A stretch of 63,212 bases of DNA, the filler included, from Octopus bimaculoides (taxonomy: Eukaryota): NCBI RefSeq assembly GCF_001194135.2. It is 6 parts of 4 records of this genome, joined end to end, with 100 filler letters (N's around TTAATTAATTAA, not from the genome) between each part and the next. Parts side by side here need not be neighbours in the genome. Positions count along the whole stretch, not along the records: positions 25,226 to 33,063 come from NC_069003.1; positions 33,164 to 39,943 come from NC_068992.1; positions 40,044 to 55,648 come from NC_068983.1; 3 more parts are not named here. The stretch is one strand, 5' to 3'. The notes beneath the pieces were generated by a model. It ran no database searches. It was not told where the DNA came from and worked only from the letters and a program-made list of their open reading frames with translations. The translations under genes were made by a program, and so were the position numbers. Positions 27,791 to 40,958 of the stretch are shown in pieces. Numbering within the stretch: the first letter of the stretch is position 1; every line of letters starts with the position of its first letter.

Positions 27791-28420
27791 GTATTTGTGT
27801 AACATTCTCCGTTTTTCTTTTCGGTCCTTGTTTTCGTAAACATTCGCTGCTTTCTTCCAAGGAATCTAATGCTCTTAGCTTAGTTTTTCCTTGGGGCTGG
27901 CTAGATTGGAGCAATATCGAGTATAACCAGCCGAAATTGCAAAGATAATCTGGAACTCGACTGAGGAAAGAAAACTCCAAATGACTCGTCCTTGTTTTCT
28001 TTGTATCGTCTACCTGGATGTTTGGTTGTCCTTTTTTTGTATCAGCTAACTGTCCGGATGTTTTGCGTTCTTGTCCCAGAACTGTCTTACCAAATATTCA
28101 CTGTGCCACGAATAGATTGGGTTTGTAGAATCCGCATCAGTTGGGCGAACTGGCAGAATCGTTAGCACACTCGGCGAAATGCTTAGCGGTATTTCGTCTG
28201 TCGCTACGTTCTGAGTTCAAATTCCGCCGAGGTTGACTTAGCCTTTCATCCTTTCGGGGTCGATAAATTAAGTACCAGTTACGCACTGGAGTCGATGTAA
28301 TCGACTTAACTCCTTTGTCTGTCCTTGTCTGTCCCTTCTATGTTTAGCCCCTTGTGGGCAATAAAGAAATAAGAATCCGCATCAGTTTCTTTTACTCTTT
28401 TTCTGTGAGACCAAGAATTT
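27790..28420 (-). mobile_element. 3' end and 3' UTR of a REL-type LINE, interrupted by a SINE
   Basis: After removing the SINE: KKLMRILQTQSIRGTVNIW*, homologous to the end of 25740-26110. Confidence 0.6.
28143..28371 (+). mobile_element. Full SINE family B with 16-bp TSD
   Basis: AGAATCCGCATCAGTT at 28127-28142 and 28372-28387; A-box-like CTGGCAGAATCG and B box GAGTTCAAATTCC. Confidence 0.9.
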
Positions 28421-28662
28421 TTAGGCTACTGTGTAAATTTAATACACCTATGGTGATAGGTGCAAATGAAAATGTTTGTATGTCTCTTCTGTTTTTAATC
28501 ATTTAAATTCTTCCTCTGAAGAAGGAGTCGGTTTATAACAACGATACAAGGCACCATTTTTTGGAATGTAGACAACGATAACAATGTCACGTTTTAAACC
28601 TGAGAGAAGTCTAACTGTTCCGCTTGCAGATTGTATTTGGAATATACGGTATGTATGTATGT

Positions 28663-29068
28663 CCTAACCACTGGGCCATTGCGCCTCCACCCACTAGTCC
28701 GCTGCCCTAACCACTGTCTAGTGGTCATAGGATCGCGGTTTCGATTCCCAGACCGGGCGTTGTGAGTGTTTATTGAGCGAAAACACCTAAAGCTCCACGA
28801 GGCTCCGGCAGAGGATGGTGGCGAACCCTGCTGTACTCTTTCACCACAACTTTCTCTCACTCTTACTTCCTGTTTCTGTTGTGCCTGTAATTCAAAGGGC
28901 CAGCTTTGTCACACTGTGTCACGCTGAATCTCCCCGAGAACTACGTTAAGGATACACGTGTTTGTGGAGTGCTCAGCCACTTGCACGTAAATTTCACGAG
29001 CAGGCTGTTCCGTTGATCGAATCAACTGGAACCCTCAACGTCGTAAGCGACGGAGTGCCAACAACAGC
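28663..29068 (+). mobile_element. SINE family C with inverted 5' head
   Basis: Body matches 30135-30530; head appears as reverse complement at 28663-28716. Confidence 0.85.
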
Positions 29069-29116
29069 ATTATTGTATGTATGTATGTATGTATGTATGT
29101 ATGTATGTATGTATGT

Positions 29117-29156
<40 letters not shown>

Positions 29157-29394
29157 CTGTGTTTGAGTAACATGGAAAAACCAATATCGGTAATATGATC
29201 CACGTTGCCTTATATGCCTACATATGTTAACGTGATTTTTGTTGGCACTAGCACACTCGTTTAAGCTTCTGATTGTTTATGTTAAATACGAGAGCTGTAT
29301 TGAAATACGTTGCTTAATTATGAGTTTATATAATTGTTAACATTTATGTAGAAACATTTGTAATCATATATATAAAAGGATCCGTGTATGCACA

Positions 29395-29823
29395 TACAAG
29401 GTCTGATCAATAGGTATCCGGAGTGTTGCCATAGTAACGAAGATAAAGCACGCAGAATGAAGCTGCTTGACAAAGATTGATCTTGAACTCTGCTGTGCAT
29501 GCGCACTATGTTTTAACTTTCTAGATATTTTTCACTGTTTACAGCAGTGCTTGGAAGGGTGGTGTATAGCGTGTAATCGTTGCATTGACCCTGACAGAGA
29601 AAGTTGTCAAGGCGATACTTACTCAGAGGCCTACGCAAACTTACAGAAAGAGTATGGAGAGGAGTGTATGAACAGCACAGCAGTGTAAGAGTGGTTCAGA
29701 CGTTTCCAAGATGCCCGAAAAAATGTCGATATTTATGAACGTTCTGGGAGACTCGCAACCAGCAAAACTGAGAAAAACAAAAAACATTGCAGATGTGCGC
29801 GCAGCTGTAAGGGGAAATCGTCG
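29395..29823 (+). mobile_element. Mariner left end and decayed transposase HTH
   Basis: TA+CAAGGTCTGATCAATAGGTATCCGGA TIR; CQGDTYSEAYANLQKEYGEECMNSTAV*EWFRRFQD..ERSGR. Confidence 0.8.
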
Positions 29824-29854
29824 TGGGTGCTTCTTACCACATACTTCTTATCAC

Positions 29855-30119
29855 ACAGCCGCATGTATTAGTTCTTTGCAGAAGGGATTGAAGCGACCGG
29901 AGGAAAAACAGGAACTCACCACCAAAGAAAAGCGCATTTGACAGAAGGAAAAATCAGTAGCGCCGACAGAGAGCTCCTTCCAATGCAGTCGCTGTATGTG
30001 TGACTGTCACTCCCGTGTGGGCTTGTACAGCCACAACAGACGCTGCACCACCATCAGCAGCTGACACGATTTCTTCGGGCGCAGATCCATGGCTTCTCGA
30101 GACCGACCGATGCCTACTA
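29855..30119 (+). mobile_element. RTE-clade LINE 3' end (C-terminal zinc finger and tail)
   Basis: LQKGLKR.EEKQ...EKRI..KEKSVAPTESSFQCSRCMCDCHSRVGLYSHNRRC. Confidence 0.75.
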
Positions 30120-30134
30120 TATATATATGTCGGG

Positions 30135-30530
30135 GTGGAGGCGCAATGGCCCAGTGGTTAGGGCAGCGGACTCGCGGTCATAGGATCGCGGTTTCGATTC
30201 CCAGACCGGGCGTTGTGAGTGTTTATTGAGTGAAAACACCTAAAGCTCCACGAGGCTCCGGCAGGGGATGGTGGAGAACCCTGCTGTACTCTTCCATCAC
30301 AACTTTCTCTCACCTTTTCTTCCTTTTTCTGTTGTACCTGTATTTCAAAGGGCCAGCCTTGTCACACTGTGTCACGCTGAATATCCCCGAGAACTACGTT
30401 AAGGGTACACGTGTCTGTGGAGTACTCAGACACTTGCACGTTAATTTCACGAGCAGGCTCTTCCGTTGATCGGATCGACTGGAACCCTCGACGTCGTAAG
30501 CGACGGAGTGCCAACAACAACAACAACAAT
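30135..30530 (+). mobile_element. Full SINE family C (tRNA head, CAA tail)
   Basis: A box TGGCCCAGTGG, B box GTTTCGATTCC, (CAA)n tail; further copies at 33165-33315 (-) and 33818-34129 (-). Confidence 0.9.
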
Positions 30531-31875
30531 ATATGTCTGTGTAAAGATATAAGATTCTTTCTATCCCGTACGTTTTTGTATTCATGAAACTATTTGAATA
30601 ATTTTAAGTATATATATAAAGTTGTAGCAGAAGCATATTGACAGTTTGGCTCTCTACCTTCAAGTACCCACATTTTGGTTCATCACGTGGTGGTCGAGTC
30701 CCTCTAGCTTTACGCAGGTTGTCCACTCTATTACGTGAAGGACCAGCCAAGTGCACTACCCTCACATATAAAAGGTAGCCTTTGCCGCCATTTCTTCAGT
30801 GAGATAAGCTTGCACGATGGAGTCAAGATATTCGACAGAGAGCCAGTTTTATTTTCGCAGGCAGCCTCAACTAGCCTTTGACGCATACGCTTGTTTCTGT
30901 CTTACAGCAGTTGTGTCTCGTATACATTTTCCTATTCTACATTGCATACATCATCACCATTTACCATTTGCATGTTAAACCATTGTGTATATAGTCTGAC
31001 CATTCCTTCAAGATGTATCTCTACAGCTTTGCCGTCTTAACACTTTTTAATGGGTTGAATAAATTGTCGTACTTAATCCTGGTTTCTTCGTTCTTCCTTT
31101 ATCTATACACGCAGCCTTACTCAAACAAGCATTATCTCTCAACCTCAACGCTAACCGTTAAAAAGTCTTTAATTATAACCTACTCACATGTATAAGTAAT
31201 TATATGTCGGGGAGGGTCTATGTAGATTTATACTTATATTACAACAACATGGCCCATTTAATCATCAGTTAATCTGTTTTGATGTAAACCTAGCCTGATT
31301 ACTAGAAATAGTATGAAATGTCTCGTTATTTCTAGTTTAAACGGAGGTTTATTTATGATTTACGTAAATACTCGTACATTTATAATGATAAATAGAGAAG
31401 TGGGCAAGTAAGTGCATATGTAATTTCGCTACAAATCTGTTTAACCGTTTTTGAATTTATGTGCACGCTAAAGTGATGTCTACCTTTTATGACTTACTTG
31501 TTTCGGTCATTAGTCAGCGGCCATGCTGCAGCACTGCCTTGAGGAATTTTAGCCTAGCGAATCGACCGCAGTACTTATTCTATCGGTCTCTTTTGCCCAA
31601 CACTGCTAAGGTACAAGGGACGTAAACACACCAAAACCGGTTGTCAAGCGGTGGTGAGGGAGCATGTAGTTGGGAAGGCAAACTTCTTACCACACAGCCA
31701 CGCCTGAAATATTTTATATTTTGCTTCATTCGGTGTATATGCATGGATACTAAAATAGTAGTAGCATATAACTTCACCGCGTATATTTTTGTAACCATTT
31801 GTGAGACAATTTTAATTTTGATATAGGGTCTGTGGAGGCGCGTGGCTTATTGGCCAGGGCATTCGGTTCCCGGTC

Positions 31876-32304
31876 CTTTTCTGCTATAGGCACAAGGCCT
31901 GAAATTTTGGGGGAGGGGCCAGTCGATTAGATCGACCCCAGTACGCAACTGATACTTAATTTATCGACACCGAAAGGATGAAAGGCAAAGTCGACCTCGG
32001 CGGAATTTGAACTCAGAACGTAGCGGCAGAAAGAATACCGCTAAGCATTTCGCCCGGCGTGCTAACGTTTCTTGTTTCTTTATTGCCCGCCCACAAGGGG
32101 CTAAACATAGAGGGGACAAACAAGGACAGACTAAGGGATTAAGTCGATTACATCGACCCTAGTGCGTAACTGGTACTTAATTTATCGACACCGAAAGGAT
32201 GAAAGGCAAAGTCGACCTCGGCGGACTTTGAACTCAGAACGTAGCGGCAGACGAAATACCGCTAGGCATTTCGCCCGGCGTGCTAACGTTTCTGCCAGTT
32301 CGCA
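31876..32304 (-). mobile_element. Head-to-tail or nested pair of family-B SINEs with two different tails
   Basis: Two bodies at 31876-32062 and 32063-32304; tails aggccttgtgcctatagcagaaaa versus cttgtgggc..aataaagaaac. Confidence 0.85.
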
Positions 32305-32425
32305 AAACTGGCGTGCTAACAAGTATGCCGGCTCCCCAACAACAATAATAAACAACAAAAACTACAACAATCACGATACCAAATGCAAAAGAGAAAGAAA
32401 ATGAAAGAAAAAAGGCAGCAGAAAC

Positions 32426-32659
32426 CTCTAACGGTTGGATCTCGACGTTTTCTCTCTGTCCATTGCCGCCATTTTCCTTCGCTCCATTTTTTCCATTCTT
32501 CTTGCGTTCTCCATTAGCTACACTTTCTGTGTTGCCTTCCATGGATTTCGTCGAAAACTCAACTTCTTTTGCGTCAGCATCATTCCTTACATCGCTTTTT
32601 TCCTCACCAGTCTCTTGAATGTTTCCTTGAGTAGGGTTTCCTTCTACTCCGCTTTCCAT
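32426..32659 (-). CDS. Candidate first coding exon (78 aa, acidic/Gly/Asn-rich N-terminus) of an unidentified host gene
   Basis: Polypyrimidine acceptor ttcgtcttttcgtttgctttaaAG at 32686-32687, Kozak-like gcaATGg at 32659, MESGVEGNPTQGNIQETGEEKSDV...ENVEIQPLE, donor GAG|GTTTCT (weak). Confidence 0.55.
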
Positions 32660-32999
32660 TGCTCCGAAAAATAAAAAGCCGTTTTCTTTAAAGCAAACGA
32701 AAAGACGAAAGACCAAACAAACAATACGGAAACGAAATTATGTATGTATGTATGTATGTATGCATGTATGTACGTAAGTTTGAATGTGTGTACGTATGTT
32801 ATGTATGTATGTGTGTATATGTACTGGTGTATCTACGTATGTGTATACATTTATATACATAGAAATACACAAACACACATACATTCATTCACACATCCAT
32901 ATGCATACATACAGATATAGTGATGCATCAAACACATACGTATATATATATCCAGGCGCACACTCACACACACGCACACATTCACATAGTTGCATCATG

Positions 33000-33030
<31 letters not shown>

Positions 33031-33388
33031 ATATATATATATATGTGTATATATATATATATANNNNNNNNNNNNNNNNNNNNNNNNNNNNNNNNNNNNN
33101 NNNNNNNTTAATTAATTAANNNNNNNNNNNNNNNNNNNNNNNNNNNNNNNNNNNNNNNNNNNNAGCAGGGTTCACCACCATCTCCTGCCGGAGCCTCGTG
33201 GAGCTTTAGGTGTATTCGCTCAATGAACACTCACAACGCCCGGTTTGGGAATCGAAACGGCGATCCTATGACCGCAAGTCTGCTACCCTAACCACTGGGC
33301 CATTGCGCCTCCACCCCTCAGCCATAAACCATTGAAACAAAAGGACACTCTCGCATAATACACTGCAAATTCGGTGGTGATAATAATA

Positions 33389-33696
33389 GGAGTACTTCGT
33401 CGGTTACGACGACGAGGGTTCCCGCTGATACGATCAACGGAACAGCCTGCTCGTAAAATTAACGTCCACAGACATGTTGACTCCTAACGTAGTTCTCGGG
33501 GAGATACAGCGTGACACAGAGTGTGACAAGGCTGTCCCTTTGAAATATAGGCACAACTTATTTTTACTAGCTGAGTGGACTGGAGCAATGTGAAATAAAG
33601 TGTCTTGCTCAAGGACACAGCGCATCGCCGGGAATTGAGCTCACGACCTTACGATCGTGATCGGAATGCCCTGACCACTCAGCCACGCGCCTTCAC
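33389..33696 (-). mobile_element. SINE family D: tRNA head, central conserved domain, tail shared with family C
   Basis: Reverse complement: tggctgagtggtcagg A box; gtgtccttgagcaagacactttatttcacattgctccagtccactcagctag resembles Nin/Deu-type SINE core domains. Confidence 0.75.
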
Positions 33697-34549
33697 GGTG
33701 ACAATAATAATGATGTTCTGATCTTAAGGCGGTGAGCTGGCAGAATGGTTAATGCGACGGACAAAATCCTTTACGTTCTGAGTTCGAATTCCGCCGAAGT
33801 CGACTCTACCGTTCATCTTAACGTGCAAGTGGCTGAGCACTTCACAGACACGTGTACCCTTAATATAGTTCTCGGGGAGATTCAGCGTTACACAGGGTGT
33901 GACAAGGTTGGCCCTTTAAAATAAAAGTACAACAGAAACAAGAAGAAAGAGTGAGAGAAAGTTGTGGTCAAAGAGTACAGCAGGGTTCGCCACAACCCCC
34001 TGCTGGAGCCTCGTGGAGTTTTAGGGGTTTTCGCTCAATAAACACTCACAACGCCCATTCTGGGAATTGAAACCGCGATCCTATGACCGCGTGTCTACTG
34101 CCCTAACCACTGGGCCATTGCGCCTCCACTGATCACATCTACCCAGTACACAACTGGTACTTATTTTATTGAGCTCGAAAGGATGAAGGGCAAAGCTGAC
34201 CTCGGTGGAATTTGCAGGCAGAGCGTAATGACGGACAAAATGCCGCTAAGCATTTCGTCCAGTGTGCTAACGCTTCTGCCAGTGAATTGAACCCCGGCAC
34301 CATGTCGCTGGAAGGCAAACTTCTTACCACACAACCACGACTACGCAAACATTTTGATTAATTAATTTTATATAAATCGATACTAATGAGAAATCGTCAA
34401 TGCCGCAACACTGTTCTTTCTTTAGTCACGTTTGGCAAATAAAACATTTGTAATGATAATCCGTTTTGAACGGTGGAACTTGAAGTAGATAAAGCCATAA
34501 ATAATAACGTATAGATTTTGGGTTAAAAAAATCCTTTGGGATAGAAAAA

Positions 34550-34602
34550 GTCTACCACCACCACCAGCACCGTCAGCAGCACCACCAGCACCAACACTAC
34601 TA

Positions 34603-34634
<32 letters not shown>

Positions 34635-34644
34635 ACTGCCGCTG

Positions 34645-34689
<45 letters not shown>

Positions 34690-34754
34690 GTACTACTACT
34701 ACTACTATGACTACTATTACTACTACTACTACTACTACTACTATGACCACCACC

Positions 34755-34785
<31 letters not shown>

Positions 34786-34835
34786 TGACCACTACTACTA
34801 CTACTACTACAGCTACTACTGCTACTACTACTATG

Positions 34836-34872
<37 letters not shown>

Positions 34873-34921
34873 TACTACTACCAGTACTACCGCCGCCGCA
34901 GCTACTGCTGCTGCTGCTGCA

Positions 34922-34958
<37 letters not shown>

Positions 34959-35020
34959 GTAGTAGTAGTAGTAGAGTAGTAGTAGTAGTAGTAGTAGAGT
35001 AGTAGTAGCAGCAGTAGTAT
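34550..35020. repeat. (CTA)n/(CTG)n tract ending in an inverted (GTA)n arm
   Basis: Switch at actactAGTagtag near 34957. Confidence 0.9.
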
Positions 35021-35192
35021 TGAGAAGAAGTGGGCGAGAGAGGATTAGTCCGCCTTCTGGGTTTTTTTGACAACCGAAGTTCTTGAGGGAAGATTTTTAG
35101 TAGAAAGTCCAAATGCCTTTCCTGTAATTCTTCGGATCAGTCAGTACTCAGGCTTCGGAATAACACGAGACTCTCAGTCACGCTGTGCTGCT

Positions 35193-35229
<37 letters not shown>

Positions 35230-35850
35230 TTTCATGTATTTTGCTGCCGTGACACCGATTCATTGTTTCACCCACCCTTGACGGCTCGTTAGCAATCTCG
35301 AGGGCCGTACTAAAAGGTCACGATGAATGCTGCGCGTCTTCCTCCAACTGAAACATAAATAATTAAAGGAGGTAACATTAACCATCAGTGTCATTTGGTT
35401 CCTTGTTTAAGAGGTGACTGCAGCTTGTTTANNNNNNNNNNNNNNNNNNNNNNNNNNNNNNNNNNNNNNNNNNNNNNNNNNNNNNNNNNNNNNNNNNNNN
35501 NNNNNNNNNNNNNNNNNNNNNNNNNNNNNNNNNNNNNNNNNNNNNNNNNNNNNNNNNNNNNNNNNNNNNNNNNNNNNNNNNNNNNNNNNNNNNNNNNNNN
35601 NNNNNNNNNNNNNNNNNNNNNNNNNNNNNNNNNNNNNNNNNNNNNNNNNNNNNNNNNNNNNNNNNNNNNNNNNNNNNNNNNNNNNNNNNNNNNNNNNNNN
35701 NNNNNNNNNNNNNNNNNNNNNNNNNNNNNNNNNNNNNNNNNNNNNNNNNNNNNNNNNNNNNNNNNNNNNNNNNNNNNNNNNNNNNNNNNNNNNNNNNNNN
35801 NNNNNNNNNNNNNNNNNNNNNNCTCTCTCCCTCTTTCTCCTTTCTCTCTT

Positions 35851-35896
<46 letters not shown>

Positions 35897-35946
35897 TATT
35901 TGTGTATGCGTGCGTAAATATATATATATATGTATACGTATATATG

Positions 35947-35986
<40 letters not shown>

Positions 35987-36064
35987 TATGGGAGAATTGT
36001 GTGTATGTGTGCGTAAATATGTATACGTATATATATGTATATATGTATGTATATATATATACAC

Positions 36065-36181
<117 letters not shown>

Positions 36182-36754
36182 CATATGTATATATGTATAT
36201 ATATATATATATATATTTACGCACACATACACACACATATATATATACGCATACATGTACACACACGCACATCCACACACCCACACACCCACACGTGATA
36301 TCCTGTCATAATTACTCGTTTCTCAGTTAAACACGTTAATCACTCCCGTTTCATACAAATTGTTGACGACAGACCGCACCCCCGCCTTTAACATACATAA
36401 TACACCATACGCACATTTACACACTTACACACAAACACACACATACACACACACACGCATACTTTCACACAAGCGTGTGTCCCCACGCACCCATTTCAAC
36501 TCAAAACGTTAAGCAGACATAAGGAAAGGCATTTAGGCCACTATTCCATCCATTCTGTCTTGTTCACCCTCTTCCTATACTAAATTATTCGAGACAAGGG
36601 GCCAATGTTTCGAAAGTGATTCCTTCCGCTGCTCGTCTTTTGGGACTCGATGAAAAGTGAAGTACCAGTCAAGTACTGGAGTCAAAGTTAATCGACTATA
36701 ATCCACCCAGCCACCTACAAAATTCTTTTTAAAAACAGTAAGAAATCATCTTTA

Positions 36755-36894
36755 ACATCATCATCAGCATCATCATTTTCATCACCACCATTATCATCAT
36801 CATCATCATCATCATCATTATCATTGTCATCATCATCGTCATCATCATCGTCGTCGTCGTCACCGCTATCGTCATCATCATCATTATTATCGCC

Positions 36895-36976
<82 letters not shown>

Positions 36977-37210
36977 CCATCACCATCTTCATTATCATCA
37001 TCGTCGTCGTCGTCTTTGTCGTTATCACCATTACCATCACTTGTCGTGCTCCTCCCCCTCCTCCTCCTCCTCCTCCACTTCCTCCTCTTCGTCTCCCCTT
37101 CCTCCTCCTCCTCTTCCTCCTCTTCCTCCCCTTCCTCCTCTTTCTCATCTTCCTCCTCTTCGTCTCCACTTCCCCTCCTCCTCCTCCTCCTCATCATCAT
37201 CATCATCATC
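36755..37210. repeat. (CAT)n followed by (CCT)n tract
   Basis: Direct reading; source of poly-D, poly-E and poly-S ORFs. Confidence 0.9.
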
Positions 37211-37417
37211 AACCTCATAGCAAGTAATGGGCGATAGGACAAGGCCACTTGGGTAAGGAATGACCATGGTCCTTTCCTCTTTTAATAATGCTTCTTGTTC
37301 TTGCAAGGCATAATCTGAGAGAGGAAGGATACCTTTCCGTTCAAACTTTTCAAACAATCCTTCAACGGTTTGCCAGCACCAATGTGGTTTCTGCCACCAG
37401 CAACAACATGTCCAGTC

Positions 37418-38141
<724 letters not shown>

Positions 38142-38572
38142 GTCTGGTGGCTATAACGAAAGAGGTTGTGTGGTGGACGAAGCTGTAAGGATCGAGGGAA
38201 AACACCTTACACTTCCGTCAAGTCCTCATCGACGGTTTTAAGTTCCACTTGGAAAAGAAAGTAAGGTTGGAAAGGGAAGTGTGGCCACCTACTGAATTTG
38301 TAAAAAAGATGGGTGACTGTAGCAAAAATGTTGAGGGTAAATGACCTTTCAGTAAGTATGCAACCGAAGATCGGAGAGCAGAAGAGACGTCTCGTGTCTT
38401 TGGTAGTCAGGGTAATTCTGGATCTGCCGGGTTCCTTGATGGGCCCAAGCTGGAGTTTCTTCTGTATCAGAAGGACTGTATAATTCCATGTTATCACAAA
38501 CATTGTGTACTTCATTCGCATTTCACTGTCTTATCCATTTCTTTCTCTCTATCATACAGCAATAAATGATAC

Positions 38573-38644
<72 letters not shown>

Positions 38645-38813
38645 GATAGATAGATAGAGAGATGAGTTCTTAACTTTTTTATACGATTGCCAAATTCCAT
38701 CACTAAGGTAAACATAGCTGGCGTAATCCATCACCACGGCCAACTCAATGACAAAAAGCGCAATTCGAAAGTAACTTATTTTTTCTGCTGAGTTATCAGT
38801 CCTTTATATAAAC

Positions 38814-38852
<39 letters not shown>

Positions 38853-38881
38853 TGATGATGATGATGATGATGATGATAAAT

Positions 38882-39100
38882 GAAGAGAAGGAAGAAAAGG
38901 TGAACAACTACGATGAATTGAAGTGGGAAATATGCAGGTTGTGGCAAATCAAGAAAGCAGACGTGATATCAATAGTGATTTGGTGCGCTTGGAAAGTATC
39001 AGGACCTAAATACTAACGTCGATCAAAAAGACTAGAACGAATGTAAAGATAGGACACCCAGAAAAATCAGCTTGGAACTGCAAGTGCCTCTTTTGTTTGC
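38882..39100 (+). mobile_element. REL-type (R4/Dong-like) LINE 3' coding end
   Basis: EEKVNNYDELKWEICRLWQIKKADVISIV(I)GALG...KSA.GTA; flanked by (TAA)n/(GAT)n. Confidence 0.7.
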
Positions 39101-39170
39101 CGGCCGTGGACAGCTGACACTTTCCGTGTTACTCAACAAACTAAAGACGAAATTTTTTTATGATTTGATG

Positions 39171-39233
<63 letters not shown>

Positions 39234-39234
39234 G

Positions 39235-39404
39235 GCGTAGGAGTGGCTGTGTGGTAAGTAGCTTGATTACCAACCACATGGTTCCGGGTTCAGTCCCACT
39301 GCGTGGCACCTTGGCCAAGTGTCTTCTGCTATAGCCTCGGGCCGACCAAAGCCTTGTGAGTGGATTTGGTAGACGGAAACTGAAAGAAGCCCGTCGTATA
39401 TATG

Positions 39405-39453
<49 letters not shown>

Positions 39454-39660
39454 TTGTTCCCCCCAACATTGCTTGACAACCGATGCTGGTGTATTTACGT
39501 CCCCGTAACTTAGCGGTGGTTCGGCAAAAGAGACCGATAGAACAAGTACTAGGCTTACAGAGAATAAGTCCTGGGGTCGATTTGCTCGACTAAAGGCGGT
39601 GCTCCAGCATGGCCGCAGTCAAATGACTGAAACAAGTAAAAGAGTAAAACAGTAAACTTT
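39235..39660 (+). mobile_element. Full SINE family A with internal (TA)n(TG)n
   Basis: A box TGGCTGTGTGG, B box GGTTCAGTCCC, ccttggccaagtgtct core, (GTAAAAGA)-like tail; other copies at 3700-3870, 31490-31700, 47878-48275, 50807-51175, 53250-54135. Confidence 0.9.
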
Positions 39661-40097
39661 GGAGTAATGACTTTATAACGGTCAAGCAAATATTCGCACA
39701 GCAACGGTCATGTGATCAACAAGTTCACCTCACATTCAAATACTACCGGGTGAGATCTTACCCTATCGGAAGTGTCTTTTACGGCTTCACACTATCACTT
39801 AGCATTAGATGTTTTCAGCGCAATCTAAAAGGGTACACATGTTTCAAGGATGGTAGATCTTATCCATAACCCATGTTATCGCCAACACCTGAGTATGAAT
39901 ATATATATATATATATATATATCCACACGCACATATATATATANNNNNNNNNNNNNNNNNNNNNNNNNNNNNNNNNNNNNNNNNNNNTTAATTAATTAAN
40001 NNNNNNNNNNNNNNNNNNNNNNNNNNNNNNNNNNNNNNNNNNNATATATATATATATATATATAATCAAAATTAGTTGCACGACTTCAAGTAGTAAT

Positions 40098-40183
40098 GCA
40101 GTACGACCGTTTCAAGCAGTTCAGTTCCATTTAATTGAACAATGTAATCATTACATCAATTTAAATACCGTACGCTCTTCAGC
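40098..40183 (-). ncRNA. Hammerhead ribozyme with extended stem II
   Basis: CAG-CTGAAGA-GCG..CGGT-ATTTAAATTGA-TGTAA-TGA-TTACA-..TCAATTAAAT..ACTG..TGCTT-GAAA-CGGTCG-TA-CTG. Confidence 0.65.
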
Positions 40184-40958
40184 TGAACGAAATATGGATT
40201 TCCAGTAGACAAGATATATTAGTAAACTTTTTCTTAAGTATTATAACACAGCGAGAAGATGGAAGAATTTCATGTTGTCACTATTTCAGTAAGAAGAGCT
40301 AAGAGAAAAACAAACTGCAATTTTTAGAGTCGCGTGGGACCCTGTGGGAGGGGTCATATGGCTGTAATTAATTTCCAGTTTATCTATCTCTTTATCACCA
40401 ACAATCTGTCATGGTTCAAGCTAGCCAAGAAATAAAAAAAAAATCCTTTTGATTCCACATTGCTCTTTTCCACGAACCAACCTTCCACGTTATCTCTAAA
40501 AATAGCAAACATTTCTTTTATACACATTACAAGACAGAAGATGATGGATGGAAAGGTTGGTCATTCCTTAAAAATTCTGTGTAAATTCTTAAATATGATT
40601 CCTTCTGTATATATACTTCTATATAACCATGATTTTTGATGAACTTAAAATGATTATAAATTTATTTTATTTTCTATTTTGAACACTTTCATGCAAACTG
40701 TTTAAACAAAGTGCCCCTCTTAACATTTTATTATCATTGTCAAAGATTCTATTTTTTAACTTTTTCTTATCATTATCAAAGACTGTACAACCGTATTTTA
40801 ATACAGTTGTGATAACCACATCAAAGCTTATACAAAGCTTTACATTTTACTTCTGATAATATTTTTTAAAAAGTGAAACCGGTTAAGTCAATAAACATCT
40901 CTAAAAGACCTCTGCATTTTCAAATACTCTTTCCTATATATATGTATATATATATAAA

